Origin: a virus | Direction: 5' to 3' (one strand) | DNA: 64,000 bases | Virus record (IMG/VR): IMGVR_UViG_3300023104_000005 | Span: 6,306-70,305 of that record | In this document: one piece after another, positions 41,528 to 53,944 of the stretch | How positions within the stretch are numbered: position 1 is the stretch's first letter | Layout of the letters: the number at the start of each line of letters is the position of its first letter | Made by a program: the position numbers and the translations under genes | Notes under the pieces: model-generated | Databases searched by the model: none | Seen by the model: only the letters and a program-made list of their open reading frames with translations | What the model was told of the DNA's origin: nothing

Positions 41528-44500
41528 ATGGAAGAAGATTTCTTACTGCCTCCACCGCCACCAAAGCGTAAGGCTACTCAACCTGATAATAATGAAGGCG
41601 ACCTACTACCAAGGCCGCCCTTAAAAAAATATACCCCTCTCTACTTCTGGCACAGATTCCTCCAAGTCCTCAACATTCGCATTTTCTAAACCATTTGACA
41701 CTACCCCTGTTGAGGTTGCCCCAACTGCAAAGGCTACTAAACAGCCAAAAGAATCTATTCGACTTGATTTTAGTAAGGTTGATCCTGAATTAGCAAAGGA
41801 ACTTAAACCGTATGGCACTACTGCTTCTGAGATTTCAAGAGTTGATCCAACTAAGTTTACTGCTAACGAGAAAGAGAAAGCAACCAAGATCAATGACTTC
41901 AATGCCGCTATTATCAAAAAGCAAGAGGACGAGTGGAAAGACAAACATGGGGATGGATTCTTAAGTGGGATAGGTCTTGGAATGTCTTATGCAGGTTCTA
42001 AACTTGCTACAGGAGCGTCTAACATTGTTCCTGCTATCACATATCTAGCTGACAGGGTAAATAAAGGGCTTACAGGGCAGTCTTTACTTGACGACGATGA
42101 AAAGGCTGATTTGCTTACTGCTACCGAGGAAACGGCTAGAATGGGGCTTAATAAAGAATACCAAGGATCAGATAAAACCATGACCGCTGTTGGAGGACTT
42201 CTTGAGTTTATCCCTGCGGCACTGGCGGCTGAGAGTACTGGTGGAGCATCATTTTATTTGAATGGGATTGGTAATGCCTATAAAGAGGTTCAACAGCTTA
42301 AAAAGGACGGTGCTAAGTTTGAGAATGGTGCTGAGGACTTGTATATCCAAGGGAAGGGGATAGCGGATTATTTCTTAATGACTAAACTAAATGCTCACTC
42401 TTTATTTCCTACACTCCCATCTGCTTTAAGAAACGTTGCCTCTAGGGAAGCGTCTATGACAGCAATCAAAGATTTGGTTAAGGCAGGTAAACCGCTGACT
42501 AGCGAAGGAATCACACAGGCGTTTAAAGACTCTGCGATTAACATGGCAGATCAGATCAAGACTAAAGGCGTTCCGTTCTTAAAAGAACTATCTAAAGGGT
42601 ATGCAAAGACTTCTGCGGATTTGATTGGTCTTAGTGCGGCAGATGCAGGACTTAAGAAACTTTCTAACGTTGTAGCAGGAGAAGACAACTTCAAACAAGA
42701 GAATGGAGAGTTAGGACAGAATATAGCACAGATATTAACAAGTGATGCACCCTTATTTGCGGCTGTAGGAGCAAGAAATAACCTAGGGTTACTGTTTGAT
42801 AAGTCTCCGGTGAGAAACGAGGTTGTAGAGGCTCTAAAGAACGATGCTAGTCCTGAGAATATCGAGAGGATCAAACAATCGGTTCAACAGGAAGGAGCAA
42901 ATAGGGAATGGAGTGCTGATGACCTTGAGGGAACGTTAAAACATATTGATGTACTAGCAGGTGCGGTGCAGAAGATTCCTAAGACATTGAGTGAAGGAAA
43001 ATATAGTGAGGCACTAGACATTGTTTTAGGCAAACAGAACTTAACCGAGCAACTCTCAAAGGTTCAGGAACAGAATAAAACACTAGACCCGGCGCTTGCT
43101 GAGGTTGGTACTCCTGAGGAAAGAGCATTAACAGCTAAACTTGAACAGAGTGATGATAAACTAAGGGAGGTTGTTACAGGCAAGAAGACCAAATACTTTG
43201 AAGAAACGAAAGAAGGTGGAGAGACGGAGTACTTTAAACAGCTTGGTGGAGATGGAAAACCCGAGAAGATCACCAAGGAAAGGTTTGAACTTGAACAGGT
43301 AGAGAAAGAAGCAAAGGATATTGGCAAGGAACAAGCAGAAGAAGCCGCACAAGAAGCTGTTACCCCTGAGGTGGTAGAAACACCTTTCCAAGAAAAAGAA
43401 GTCGTTGTAGAGCCTGAAATTAAGCCAGAGGCCATAGAAGAAGTTAAACCTAAAATAGAACCCAATGAAGAAGTTAAACCAATTGTATCTGAGAAAGAGA
43501 ATGTGGTTAAGAATCCGGTATCAGCCGAAAGAACTGCGGAAGTCTTAAAGAAAGCTGAGGACGACCTAGAGGGACTTAAACAAACCACTAAGAAGCAACT
43601 TAAGCATGAGGCATCACTAAAACGCCTTACAGAAGCCAAGAACAAGGGAGAGATCAGTGAGAAAGAGTTCAACGACCTAAAGAACAGATTTGACGATGTA
43701 TTAGCGGAGAATAGCGGAAATGCAGAGGTTAAGGATGAAACACCTCCACAAGTCTTAGAAGACCATAAGAAAGATATTCATGAGAAGTTCAGGAAAGAGT
43801 TCAAGAATGAGGGGAACACTGATGAACAGATAAATGCGGCACTTGCTTTAATGGAAGCCAGAGCAAAGAGTTGGGCTAAACAAACAGGTAAGAATGCTGA
43901 TGAATGGTATCAACAGATTGCAGACGTTAAGAGCGGTCAATTTGAATCAGATGATGTATTGTACCAATTTATTCCTAAGAAGCTAAAAACAACTGCTAAG
44001 TTCGCCACGATGATGGCTATGATCTGGAATATAAATGCAAAGATTCCAAATAAAATATTCCAACATAGAGATGACGCTAAGACGGTTAAATTTCTTAAAG
44101 AATTATCAGATAAAGGGTTTATATACATAGATAAAGAAGGTAAGACAGATAAATATAATTCAGAATCTTTCAAAGGCAATGAATCGTTTACTTATTTACA
44201 GAAACTATGGGCTAAGTCAGGCTACCCTAAGATAAATATTGAGGTCGGCGGCAGGTCAAAATACAATCCTGCACTTAATGAGCTTGATATACGTGTATCT
44301 GCTGTTGAAGATGGTGTGGCTTCGGAGACTGGTAAAGATGGTAAGACTGAGTATATTCTTGATCAAACAATAATATTAGCTGAAATGTCTCATGCTTTAC
44401 AGGCATCAAAAGGAGAGTTGTCAGTAGGTAGGTTCCTGAAAGACCTTGTTTCTTCAAAAATGAACTACGAGAAACAGTATGGAGAAAAGGGGACTATAGA

Positions 44501-47500
44501 GAATGATGCCCATGAAAATATTCAAAAAGAGTTAGAAGAAGGATTCAGCAAGTCTATTAAATACCAAGAAGAATCAGGAGTTAAGAAAGGAGCCTTAGAA
44601 ACACTACAAGACGGCAAGGTTGTGATCCATGCCTTAGAGTCACCTGATTTCTCTACTATGGTACATGAGATAGCGCACATCTTTGAGAAAGACTTAAATA
44701 AGATCGAGGCTAAGGTTGTAAAAGACTTTGGAGGTAGCGAAGCATTTGCTAGGGGATTTGAGAGATACCTAAGGGAAGGTAAGGCTCCTACAGAACAGCT
44801 TAAAGGACTGTTCGATCAGTTTAAAACATGGCTTACTGATATTTACAAGACTTTGAAAGGAAGTCCTATTGAGAAAAAGCTAACACCAGAGATTAAACAA
44901 CTATTTGACAAACTATTAACTGAGGAAGGAAATGATACTACATCACGTAAAGAACCAACAACAAGCGCTGAGGCTACTAAGGAAGTTGTACAACAACCCC
45001 AAGATGACACAAGAGGAAGCGGATCAGAAGATTCAGGAAGTTCAAAAGAGCAAAGCGGAGAACCAAAGTCAAGTGTCAGCGACAAATTCACAGAACTAGC
45101 ACATAGAAGCGTTCAAACAGAGGAAGTAAGAAATACCTTAAACAACATTGAGAGGGAGACCGGAAGGGAACTGAGTTCTCAAGAGAAGGAGTATCAACGT
45201 ACAAGTCGTATGGAGGCTGTACAGCATGGCAATAACGTCGTAGAGGAAGCCAAAGCAGAATTTGGGGATGACTATGCCACTAAGCTAATTGAGTACCTCC
45301 AAGAGGCTAAAACGATGTCTATAGAGAACAAGAGTTTGATCACTATCTCCTTAGAGAATGACCTAGAGAGAAGAATCCTTGCGGAGCCGGAGAATGAGGT
45401 TCAACTCAACAAGCAACTTAAGCTAGTCCGGGATATCTCCACTAAACAGCAAAGGAGTGCGGCTATTGCAGTTGGGTATGGTGTGTTAAGACAACTTGCT
45501 AGAGTTGGATATGATATTAACCAAGTAACTGAGAAGTTCTTTAGTTCAGAGCAGAACGAGAGTAAAAGAAAGATCAATAAAGCAGTAGAGGCTACAGCGG
45601 AGGATATTCAAAAAGAATACGAGGCTAAGGAAGAGACTGTATCTCCTGATCTTGAGGAAGCCATCTCTAAAGGCGTAGAGAAAGCTGTTAATGACATCTA
45701 CGAGAAGCTACCTAGCAAGAGACGTGAGAGTGCTGACAAGGCTATTGCGGCATTGGACAGGATTCAAAAGAAACTACGCTCAAAGGCTTATTCTGACCCT
45801 ACGATGATCGTTGCTACTATTGATGCGGGTATTACTACGATCAAAGCGGCAATCAAAGCAGGTGTTACTGTCGCAGATGCTATTGAACTTGGGATTAAGA
45901 AGATCAAAGAACTGCATGGTAAGAAGTGGGCAAAGGAAGACGACTTTAGAAAAGATATGCTCTCAGGGTTTGCTGAGGAAAACATTGATGTAAAAGAGGG
46001 GACACGTACGGCTAAAGTTAAAACTGATGCTGAGAAACTAGCTGATGCTAAGAAAAGAGTAAAGGAGAGGATCGAGGAACTGCAACAACAGATCATCGAC
46101 AAGAAGAAAGAACTCAAAGCAACCAAGAGAGTATCTGATCCTGAACTTACCGCATTACAAGCCCTAGAAGCTAACTTAAAGAAAGAGGCAATGAAATACC
46201 TGTCCAATGAGGCAAAGTCCCTTGTAGACGAACGTATGAAAGCCACAGCTGTAAAGAAATTACAGAATGAGATAGAGAAGTTAAATCAGCAGATTGCTAA
46301 AGGAGAAAAGGACGAAATGGAAGCAAAGAGAAACCCTATCAATTCTCCTGAGATTGAAGCGCTAAAAGCAGAGAAGAAAGCTAAACTTGAGACCTTAGAG
46401 ATTATTGACCCTACACCGAAAGATTTTATCAGGAACGCTTTGATTGAAAAAGGTTTCAGCAGAACGATTAAAGTTAATGGCGTAGAGAGGGAGACTTTAG
46501 ATTGGAAGAAACTTGCCGGAGAGGAAGGAAGCATTGACAAGATGCGTGGGCATGTTGAGGAGGTATTGAAGGAGAAAGGTTATTCGGAGGGTGAGATCAC
46601 TAAGATTCAGGAGTCTTTTGAACAGGAGTACAATGACCTTAGGGCTAGTGTGATTGAGAAGGGGTTAAATGAACTTGCTAACCGGAATAAAGAGAAACCT
46701 AAGGCAGATGTGAAGTCTACAGCAAAGAGACTTGCAGAATTGTACAACTATGGGCTGTTTGAGTCTCAACACGACACTTACGATTACTTAATGAACAATG
46801 CCTTAGGATTAAGTGGAATTGGTCAGGAGGCTTTCTTTGAGGGTAAGGTTTTAGCTAAGTCTTTAGCGGAGTTGTATGCCTCTAAAGCAGATGGTAGAAC
46901 AATCAATGAGTTTGGGTTAAATAGCGCTGTGAATCAAATCAACCACCAGATTGAACAACTGCTTGCTAAGATCGCTTGGAACGAGAGTAACGGAGCATAC
47001 AAAGCCGCTAGGGTTGCTCAAGAGTACTTAAGTATGTCTCAACGTGCTATTCTAACCACCTTAAAGCAATTAGGAGATAACAGCCTAAGTGGGTACATCG
47101 AGAGAACCTTTAACAAACTAACCTTTGCTTTTGAAAAGAACGATGCTAAAGCACTAAAACAACAAAGAAGTGCTTTGGGTAGAACGATGCTTAAGGATGC
47201 CACTTACAATGCAGGTCTTGACTATGGGGATATTTCTAATCCATTCCTGATTAAGAGTGCTACAGAGAACTATATCAACAATGTCTCAACAAGTTCAACC
47301 TACCATGCTTTTGTTTCAGCGGTAATGGGTAGGATTTACTTAGAGGGGATGGACGGTATGCACAAGGCGGTGCTTACAGAGAAATACTTTACACGCAATC
47401 TTGTGAAAGTCCTTACAGACAAGAATAACCCTAAGAGAATGCCTCAGGAAGAAGCTGTTCAGTATGTAGCAGAAAACCTAACCGGACAGAAGTTTAGTGA

Positions 47501-48608
47501 TGCTGTTAAAACGGCTCATGAGATCGTAGAGAAAGTGAATAGACTAGCAGGTAAGAAAGTATTACCGGAGAATAAAGAGTTTGAACACAGGCTCGCCATG
47601 GACATTGTAAAGGAGTCTTTGGTTACAGGGGATAAAGTTACCCTTGATCAGATTGAAGCGTCTTACGGAGCAGGATATACAGTTGCAGGTCTAGGTATGG
47701 GTCATGAGGCTAACAACTTTGCTTCTAGGACTGTTGGACTGCTTAACTCTTACAATGAAGGGAAACTTAAGGATGCGATTAAAGAAAAGAGATGGAATGA
47801 GGCGGCTATGCTAACGTTTACTTCTATCTTAAGCAAGAACATCTTGAATCCTTTTGTTGGTGGAGCAAGCAATTGGGTGACACTGACGCTTCAAAAAGCA
47901 GGAGTTGATGCTTGGAGTCCATTAGAGAATTTTGTAAAGCGTAGGAAGCTAGATTTGACCACAGAGAAAGGTATCAAGGATATGGAGTATGCTTTAATGA
48001 GTGAGGCTAAAGCAAAAAGTACAGCAGGAAGGGTATTCATTGGAGCGGCAGTATCGTTATTAACGGCATCCATTGCTATCTCAACAGGAAAAGATAAGGA
48101 CTTGGCAGAATGGAGAGCAAAGAACAAGTGGGCAGAGAAGTATTTTGGTGTGGTCTCACCTCCTTCGTTGTTGTTCTTACTTGCTTTGAAGGATAAGAAG
48201 ATGGGTAAGTTCCTGCAAGGGATATTAAACCAAAAGGTTCCTGCATTTGATGATGGTACTAAGGTGGTGAAAGGAATTACTAGCGCTACTGAGGGAGACC
48301 TAAAGAAAGCGGGTGCTTATGCGGGAGATGTACTTGGAAGTAAAACTTCTTTACCTATTGTTCCTTATCGGTTCGGTAGACAGGTTCAGAACGTTTATAG
48401 GGGACTTACAGGTCAAGGGCAGATTACTCCTGACTATTCTCAAAAGAGTTTCTTGAACAGCTTCTATAGGGATGGGTTTGTGAATTACTTAGGACTAACA
48501 CCGGAAGGGGAGCCTGACAAGCCCTTAACTAAGGAGGAACTGAAAGATAAGATAGAGCAAGCTAAGGCTAAGGTCAATGAAACGATCAAAGCGATGAAAG
48601 AAAAATAG
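41528..48608 (+). CDS. Giant cargo/polyvalent protein (about 2,360 aa via a frameshift near 41625), with a zincin-like HEIAH motif
   Basis: ATG 41528 abuts the upstream stop; the frame of the 41982 ORF is open back to 41625; STMVHEIAH..EAFARGFERYL. Confidence 0.7.
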
Positions 48609-48611
48609 TGA

Positions 48612-48646
48612 AAAGGGGTGGATTAACGTTCATCCCTTCTTTGTTT
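48612..48646 (+). terminator. Intrinsic terminator
   Basis: AAGGGGTGGA ttaacg TTCATCCCTT CTTTGTTT. Confidence 0.6.
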
Positions 48647-48682
48647 ATAAAATATTTACATTTGTTTAAAAAATACACGATC

Positions 48683-50231
48683 ATGATATACACCAATTAC
48701 TTACCGTTTAGTTCGTCCACTAACTACTCAAACGTGCTGATCACAACAAACCAGATGTTTTCAGACCTATTGGAATCTGTAGGTTGCTGTGCAGATAAAC
48801 AATCTGATGCCATACTCATCCAATCAGACCTTTTCTTGACGGGTGCGGAGGTTGATTTTATTAGTGGTGATACGGCTCGCTATCAGGATAACATAAAAGC
48901 GGCATATCTTATACTTTATAATTACGTATCACAATGAGTAGCGTAGCAGATGTACAGGCGGCTCTATTACGTGCGTCTGGAATGTATTCTGACCTCACAG
49001 CAGAGTATCTAAGCGACTTAAAGAAAGGATGTGGTGATTGTCTACCTAAGAACTATAAGTGTCTTAAAAGACTCCGTAGAGCCTTAGAATTTGAAGTAAC
49101 AAAGGGAATTATAACCCCAACAGCAGAAAGCCTCTATACACAGCTTCTTTTGGTCTTAGGAACCTATCAGGCAAGCGCTCCACCTGTGACTAGTTATAAC
49201 CTTCCATTTGGGTATACTACTATCGCTCCTACTGTGAGTAACATCCTAGATTTTGTATTGCAGTTCACTAAACAGGTGGCTATTGGTTCTACAGAGGTTA
49301 ACCTAAACTTCACCACAGGTTCTTATGGAAGGTATCTGATTGCAAGAGTTCCATCAACTGAGCCTATTTGGACTTCATGGTTTAATGATATATTCTCTAA
49401 CAGTGGTGATATTCCAGATGAAACATGGACTTCGACGGTTAACGGAGCGTATAGGTATTACTTTACTAGGGTTCCTGTTACTTTAGATATGTCTAATCCA
49501 TCAATTAAATTCAACGCATAATGGTTAAAATCTATAAACCAACAGAAACTACGAATGTAGGAAAGCCTTGGGGGTTCTCAGGAGTCCCTAATGATGGCAG
49601 GAGCATGCCGATAGACACTGATGGGAATTATTACGTCAGAAGGGCTTATAGGAGTATTGCTGAGGCTGTGCAAGTTCTACCTGTATTAAACGAAGGTGGA
49701 ACCATTACTAGAAACAGGGAGGGAGGTTATCCGATCATCATTAACTCTACAGGAACTTACAATGCTTCTACAGGAACAATCACCGGAGGGAAGTATGAGA
49801 TCTATAGGTGGACTAAGGGTCTTGAGAGTACTGATACTGATATAGAGCCTTGGACAGACCTTTCAGACTATGTTACCAGTGAACAGTTGACTGAGGCAAT
49901 AGACTCACTGTCAGCCTCTATAGTGGACTTATTAGGAGCAGATGGGACTTATACTACAACAGACACCGGACAGACAAGAATAACTATTCCTCATACATTA
50001 AGTGCTAAACCAAGGAGGTATGATATCAACCCTAATAATCAGAATGCAGGAAATCTATCTATCTCTTGGAAAGATGCTGATGACACTAATCTGTATGCTT
50101 ATTTAGGATTTAGTCAGAATGATTCAGCAAGTCTTAGGTACGTATGGTGGGCATCACAACCGGGAGAGCCACCAACTCCGGGAGAGAATAATTATGCAGA
50201 TGGATATGTTACGTCAGGATATGTAAATTAA
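48683..50231 (+). CDS. Three tail hub/fibre-associated proteins (48683-48937, 48934-49521, 49521-50231)
   Basis: Downstream of promoter TACATTTG at 48657; precede the fibre genes. Confidence 0.55.
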
Positions 50232-50253
50232 CAATACTTAAATAAATAAAATT

Positions 50254-52374
50254 ATGGCAATTACTTACAGGAGAGTCAAAGGCTCAAATCTAACACCAGA
50301 CGAGGTTGATGACAACTTCTTGGACTTATCCACAAATAAGGTAGACAAAGTTTCAGGGAAACAGCTTTCCACTGAGGACTACACTAGTACGGAGAAAACA
50401 AAGTTATCAGGCGTAGCTACAGGCGCAACAGCTAATAATACTGATGCTTTCTTGGTCGCAAGAGGGAATCATACCGGGACGGAGAGTGCAGATGTATTAA
50501 CAGATGGTACAACCAATAAAGCATATACAGCTACGGAGAGAACTAAACTTTCTGGTGTTGCATCCGGGGCTACGGCTAATCAGACTGACACATATTTACT
50601 CGATAGAGCAAATCATACAGGTACACAATCTGCCGATACTATTATAAATGGTACAACGAATAAGGTGCTGACAGCATCAGAGAAAACCAATGTAGGTAAT
50701 ATTCCTACTTTAACGGCACAAGTTGCGGCCATCTCACCTACAATTCAAACAGAAACCGCCGCCTACATACAAAGAATCATAGCCGCAGGTTCATCTATTG
50801 ACGCTTTTACCATTAATGCTATAGATGAATTTGTCGTAAGAGGTAAAGCGGAGGGTTGGTATACTTCTATTCTGAACTTTGCACCTATATTAGGTGGTAG
50901 TTTAGCGGGTGCATTAGTTAAATTAGTTACAGAACCGGGGGGAGCATCTTCAATGGTTGCGACAAATTTAGTTGCCGCAGACTATAACCCGCGTTATGGA
51001 TTTAGGATTTTAACCAACTCCTTAGCTATAGGTAAATATGTTAATACTGGTCTTTCTCCTGATGCACTTGGACTTACCACAACTGGTATAGGTTTAGGAT
51101 TATTTGTAACCGAGGATTCCACATCAGCAACGGAATCTTTTATCATGGGTAATAACGGTGTACCCGGATCAACTCCGGCACAGTTTGATAAAATACAAGC
51201 GACTGTGAATTTAGGAAGATTGACTATTTCAAATGTATCTTATAACGTTGCTGTAGGTGGTAACAGAATGCAGTTTATTAATATTAATGGTGCAAATAAT
51301 TTTCAGGGTTATAAAAATGGAATACGAACAAATGATAGCACTGCAACTGCTTTAACTGCAACTGCTTTAACAGAGCCTATTACGCTTTTTAGAGGCATCG
51401 GAGGTAGTGCTTTTGTCTGGGGAGTAGGTTCTATTGGTTCATTTATTCTTACTCAGCCTTTAACTTCTGTTAGAGCATCCCAATTAACAAAGGCGATTTA
51501 TAACCTTTACATTAGGACTGGACGTGTCCAAACTCAAGGTAGCAATATTGAATGGGATGGAGATTCAATTACCGCGGGTCAAGGAGTTACACTACCCTCA
51601 GATAGATTTAGTAATATAGTAACAGCTTATATTGGTGGTAATATGTTTAATTTAGGTATACCATCTGGTAGAACAAATCTTGCCGGAGGAAATAATGCCG
51701 CAGCACCTGTACCTTTAACTCTTACCGCATTAGATGTTGACATACCAATTAACACTAGCATTATAACCATGGGTGTTAACGATGAATTAGCTACAGGTGA
51801 TGTGACTTCGCAAGGATATCAAGCGTCTTTGGAAAGTATTATCCAATATAAAAAAGATAAAGGCCAAAGAGTTATATTAAATTCTCCTACATACTTATCA
51901 AGTGAGACTAGTGGGACTTTAGTAACTCCTTTAGCAAGACAAAGAACATACTTACTTGCCGCTGCTAATGCCGCCGCAAATAAAAGTGTTCCTTTCGTTA
52001 ATCTGTTAGATGCTTTTTTAGATTTAGATAACCCGCTTTCTTATACGACAGATGGAGTTCATTACAACGCAGCCGGACATAAAATTATAGCGGCTAGGAT
52101 TATTGCCGTTTTACAAGGGCAGATATTCAGAACTCCAAAATTAGATTTTCCATCTATCGCCGCAGGGGCCTATTCAGATTTGACAGTTGATTATATGTAT
52201 GGTGCCAGAACAAATATGAATGTAATGGTTGGACAGCCTGTAACACCTGTGGTGGGCTTGACTTATCAAGCTTTTGTGTCAGCGAATGATGTCGTTACAG
52301 TAAGGGCTATCAATAATACGGCATCGGCAATAGATGCGGCTTTACAAGTTTTAAAAATTACAGTAATTTTATAA
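50254..52374 (+). CDS. Tail fibre/spike with an SGNH/GDSL hydrolase domain
   Basis: 48-aa N-terminal repeats; GDSIT, G, GVND and DGVH catalytic blocks. Confidence 0.8.
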   Translation: MAITYRRVKGSNLTPDEVDDNFLDLSTNKVDKVSGKQLSTEDYTSTEKTKLSGVATGATANNTDAFLVARGNHTGTESADVLTDGTTNKAYTATERTKLSGVASGATANQTDTYLLDRANHTGTQSADTIINGTTNKVLTASEKTNVGNIPTLTAQVAAISPTIQTETAAYIQRIIAAGSSIDAFTINAIDEFVVRGKAEGWYTSILNFAPILGGSLAGALVKLVTEPGGASSMVATNLVAADYNPRYGFRILTNSLAIGKYVNTGLSPDALGLTTTGIGLGLFVTEDSTSATESFIMGNNGVPGSTPAQFDKIQATVNLGRLTISNVSYNVAVGGNRMQFININGANNFQGYKNGIRTNDSTATALTATALTEPITLFRGIGGSAFVWGVGSIGSFILTQPLTSVRASQLTKAIYNLYIRTGRVQTQGSNIEWDGDSITAGQGVTLPSDRFSNIVTAYIGGNMFNLGIPSGRTNLAGGNNAAAPVPLTLTALDVDIPINTSIITMGVNDELATGDVTSQGYQASLESIIQYKKDKGQRVILNSPTYLSSETSGTLVTPLARQRTYLLAAANAAANKSVPFVNLLDAFLDLDNPLSYTTDGVHYNAAGHKIIAARIIAVLQGQIFRTPKLDFPSIAAGAYSDLTVDYMYGARTNMNVMVGQPVTPVVGLTYQAFVSANDVVTVRAINNTASAIDAALQVLKITVIL

Positions 52375-52376
52375 TC

Positions 52377-52655
52377 ATGAAAATAACAAAACGACTTTTA
52401 GAAAAAAATGGGTTTGAGTTTAAACAGTACCCTGCCTCGGTAGAGTTTTTAAGAAATGATATTGTTGGTTTTTTTCAACAGGAATCAGAACAAATAGATT
52501 TAGAAAATTTGAAATTAAAATTCACTGTATTGTCTGTTAATGATTCAAGTGGGTGCGAATACGATCTTCATATGTCTTCTGAAATTGAAGATGCAGATAG
52601 GTTGTCATATCTGATTTTTGGGTTGGTAGGGGCATATTTAGATACGGAATCATGA
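52377..52655 (+). CDS. Hypothetical protein
   Basis: ORF. Confidence 0.6.
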   Translation: MKITKRLLEKNGFEFKQYPASVEFLRNDIVGFFQQESEQIDLENLKLKFTVLSVNDSSGCEYDLHMSSEIEDADRLSYLIFGLVGAYLDTES

Positions 52656-53944
52656 AAAAAATATTAATAGCATTTTTAGTACTGTTCAGTCAGTACGCGT
52701 ATTCTCAGGTAGGAGTTGCTACAGCAGATACGTCTTTAAGAGCAACGGTAAGCGGAACAGTTCAGATATGGAAGTCAAAAACCTACTACGCTTCGTTGTT
52801 CGCCACTATTTACAATAAAGTCCAATCAGACAATTTGCTTGCTACTAAGATTGGTTTAAGTCAGAAAGGTAATGCTTTAGGCGTAGCTACATTAGATGGG
52901 TCACAGCAGGTTCCAATCGCTCAGATACCGTCAACTATAGCAAGGACTTCTGATTTGTCAGGCTATGTACCTACAACGAGAACTGTCACTATAAACGGTG
53001 TCTCTCAGGATTTATCGGTAAACAGGTCTTGGACTATCCCATCAGCAGATTCAACCGTATATAGAACAGTAGCTAATAGCCTGTCTCTTTCTCAATTACA
53101 AACGAAGTTCAACCTTAAAGCTAATACTGGCGGAGGTAACGCTACAGGCACTTGGCCTATAAGTATTACGGGGAATTCAGCTAATGCTACTACGTGGAAC
53201 GGGGCTGTATTCGATGGTCAGTCTGTCCTAACAGGAACGTATACTTATATATTAGGGTATAATGGTACTAAGTGGATGCCCTCAAGTGCCGCGCAAGTTC
53301 AAACATTTTTAGGTTTAGGGTCTAATGCCTATACGAGTACCGCGTACACTCCCACAGCACGAACAATAACAATTAATGGTGTTACTCAGGATTTAAGTGC
53401 AAACCGAACTTTTACTGTAACAAGCTCGACCCCTACATTAGATCAGGTTTTAACAGCGGGAGCATCAAGTAATCAAACTGCGGGTTTTGGGAATGTTAAT
53501 GTAATAGGTAACGTTACGACCGCTGGATATAATGCCACAAGCGGAACAGTGGCTAATGCGCCTACTGCAAGTACAGATGTAGTTAATAAATCGTATGCTG
53601 ATGCTTTAGGCAAGGAATTTTTAACGGTTAATAGTTGGGGATCAAATCCTACTCTATATATCACAGGAAGTTCGTTTTATGCAGGGGGTAGTGTTTCGGT
53701 TGTTTATATAGATTGTTCTACGGGGAACAAAACATTATACTTGCCTACAATAGCAGATATGTTTGGCAGAAAAGTTGTTGTATATAAAACAGATGCTTCT
53801 GCTAATACAGCGACTATTACTTCCACTGCTGCATTAAATATCAACGGTTCTCCCACTTATACACTTACAACACAATACCAGTCTGTAGAAATAAGGGCAG
53901 GCAATAATGGTTACACAACTCCAAATCAATATTATGCAAGGTAA
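52652..53944 (+). CDS. Tail-fibre-like protein with a Sec signal peptide
   Basis: MKKILIAFLVLFSQYAYS/Q; GVATLDG; two PTxRTxTINGVxQDLSxNR repeats. Confidence 0.65.
   Translation: MKKILIAFLVLFSQYAYSQVGVATADTSLRATVSGTVQIWKSKTYYASLFATIYNKVQSDNLLATKIGLSQKGNALGVATLDGSQQVPIAQIPSTIARTSDLSGYVPTTRTVTINGVSQDLSVNRSWTIPSADSTVYRTVANSLSLSQLQTKFNLKANTGGGNATGTWPISITGNSANATTWNGAVFDGQSVLTGTYTYILGYNGTKWMPSSAAQVQTFLGLGSNAYTSTAYTPTARTITINGVTQDLSANRTFTVTSSTPTLDQVLTAGASSNQTAGFGNVNVIGNVTTAGYNATSGTVANAPTASTDVVNKSYADALGKEFLTVNSWGSNPTLYITGSSFYAGGSVSVVYIDCSTGNKTLYLPTIADMFGRKVVVYKTDASANTATITSTAALNINGSPTYTLTTQYQSVEIRAGNNGYTTPNQYYAR

Noticed and set aside
41618-41624. CCC-U +1 slippage or a canonical -1 shift as the recoding mechanism
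   Set aside because: A +1 shift at CCC lands on TAA (41622), and a -1 shift enters the wrong frame for the long ORF.
21555-48127. Many minus-strand ORFs inside structural genes
   Set aside because: S/F/L-rich antisense shadows of K/E-rich coding sequence.
41528-48608. Virion RNA polymerase call for the giant ORF
   Set aside because: No DFDxD/DxDGD catalytic motif found; zincin-like and coiled-coil content instead.
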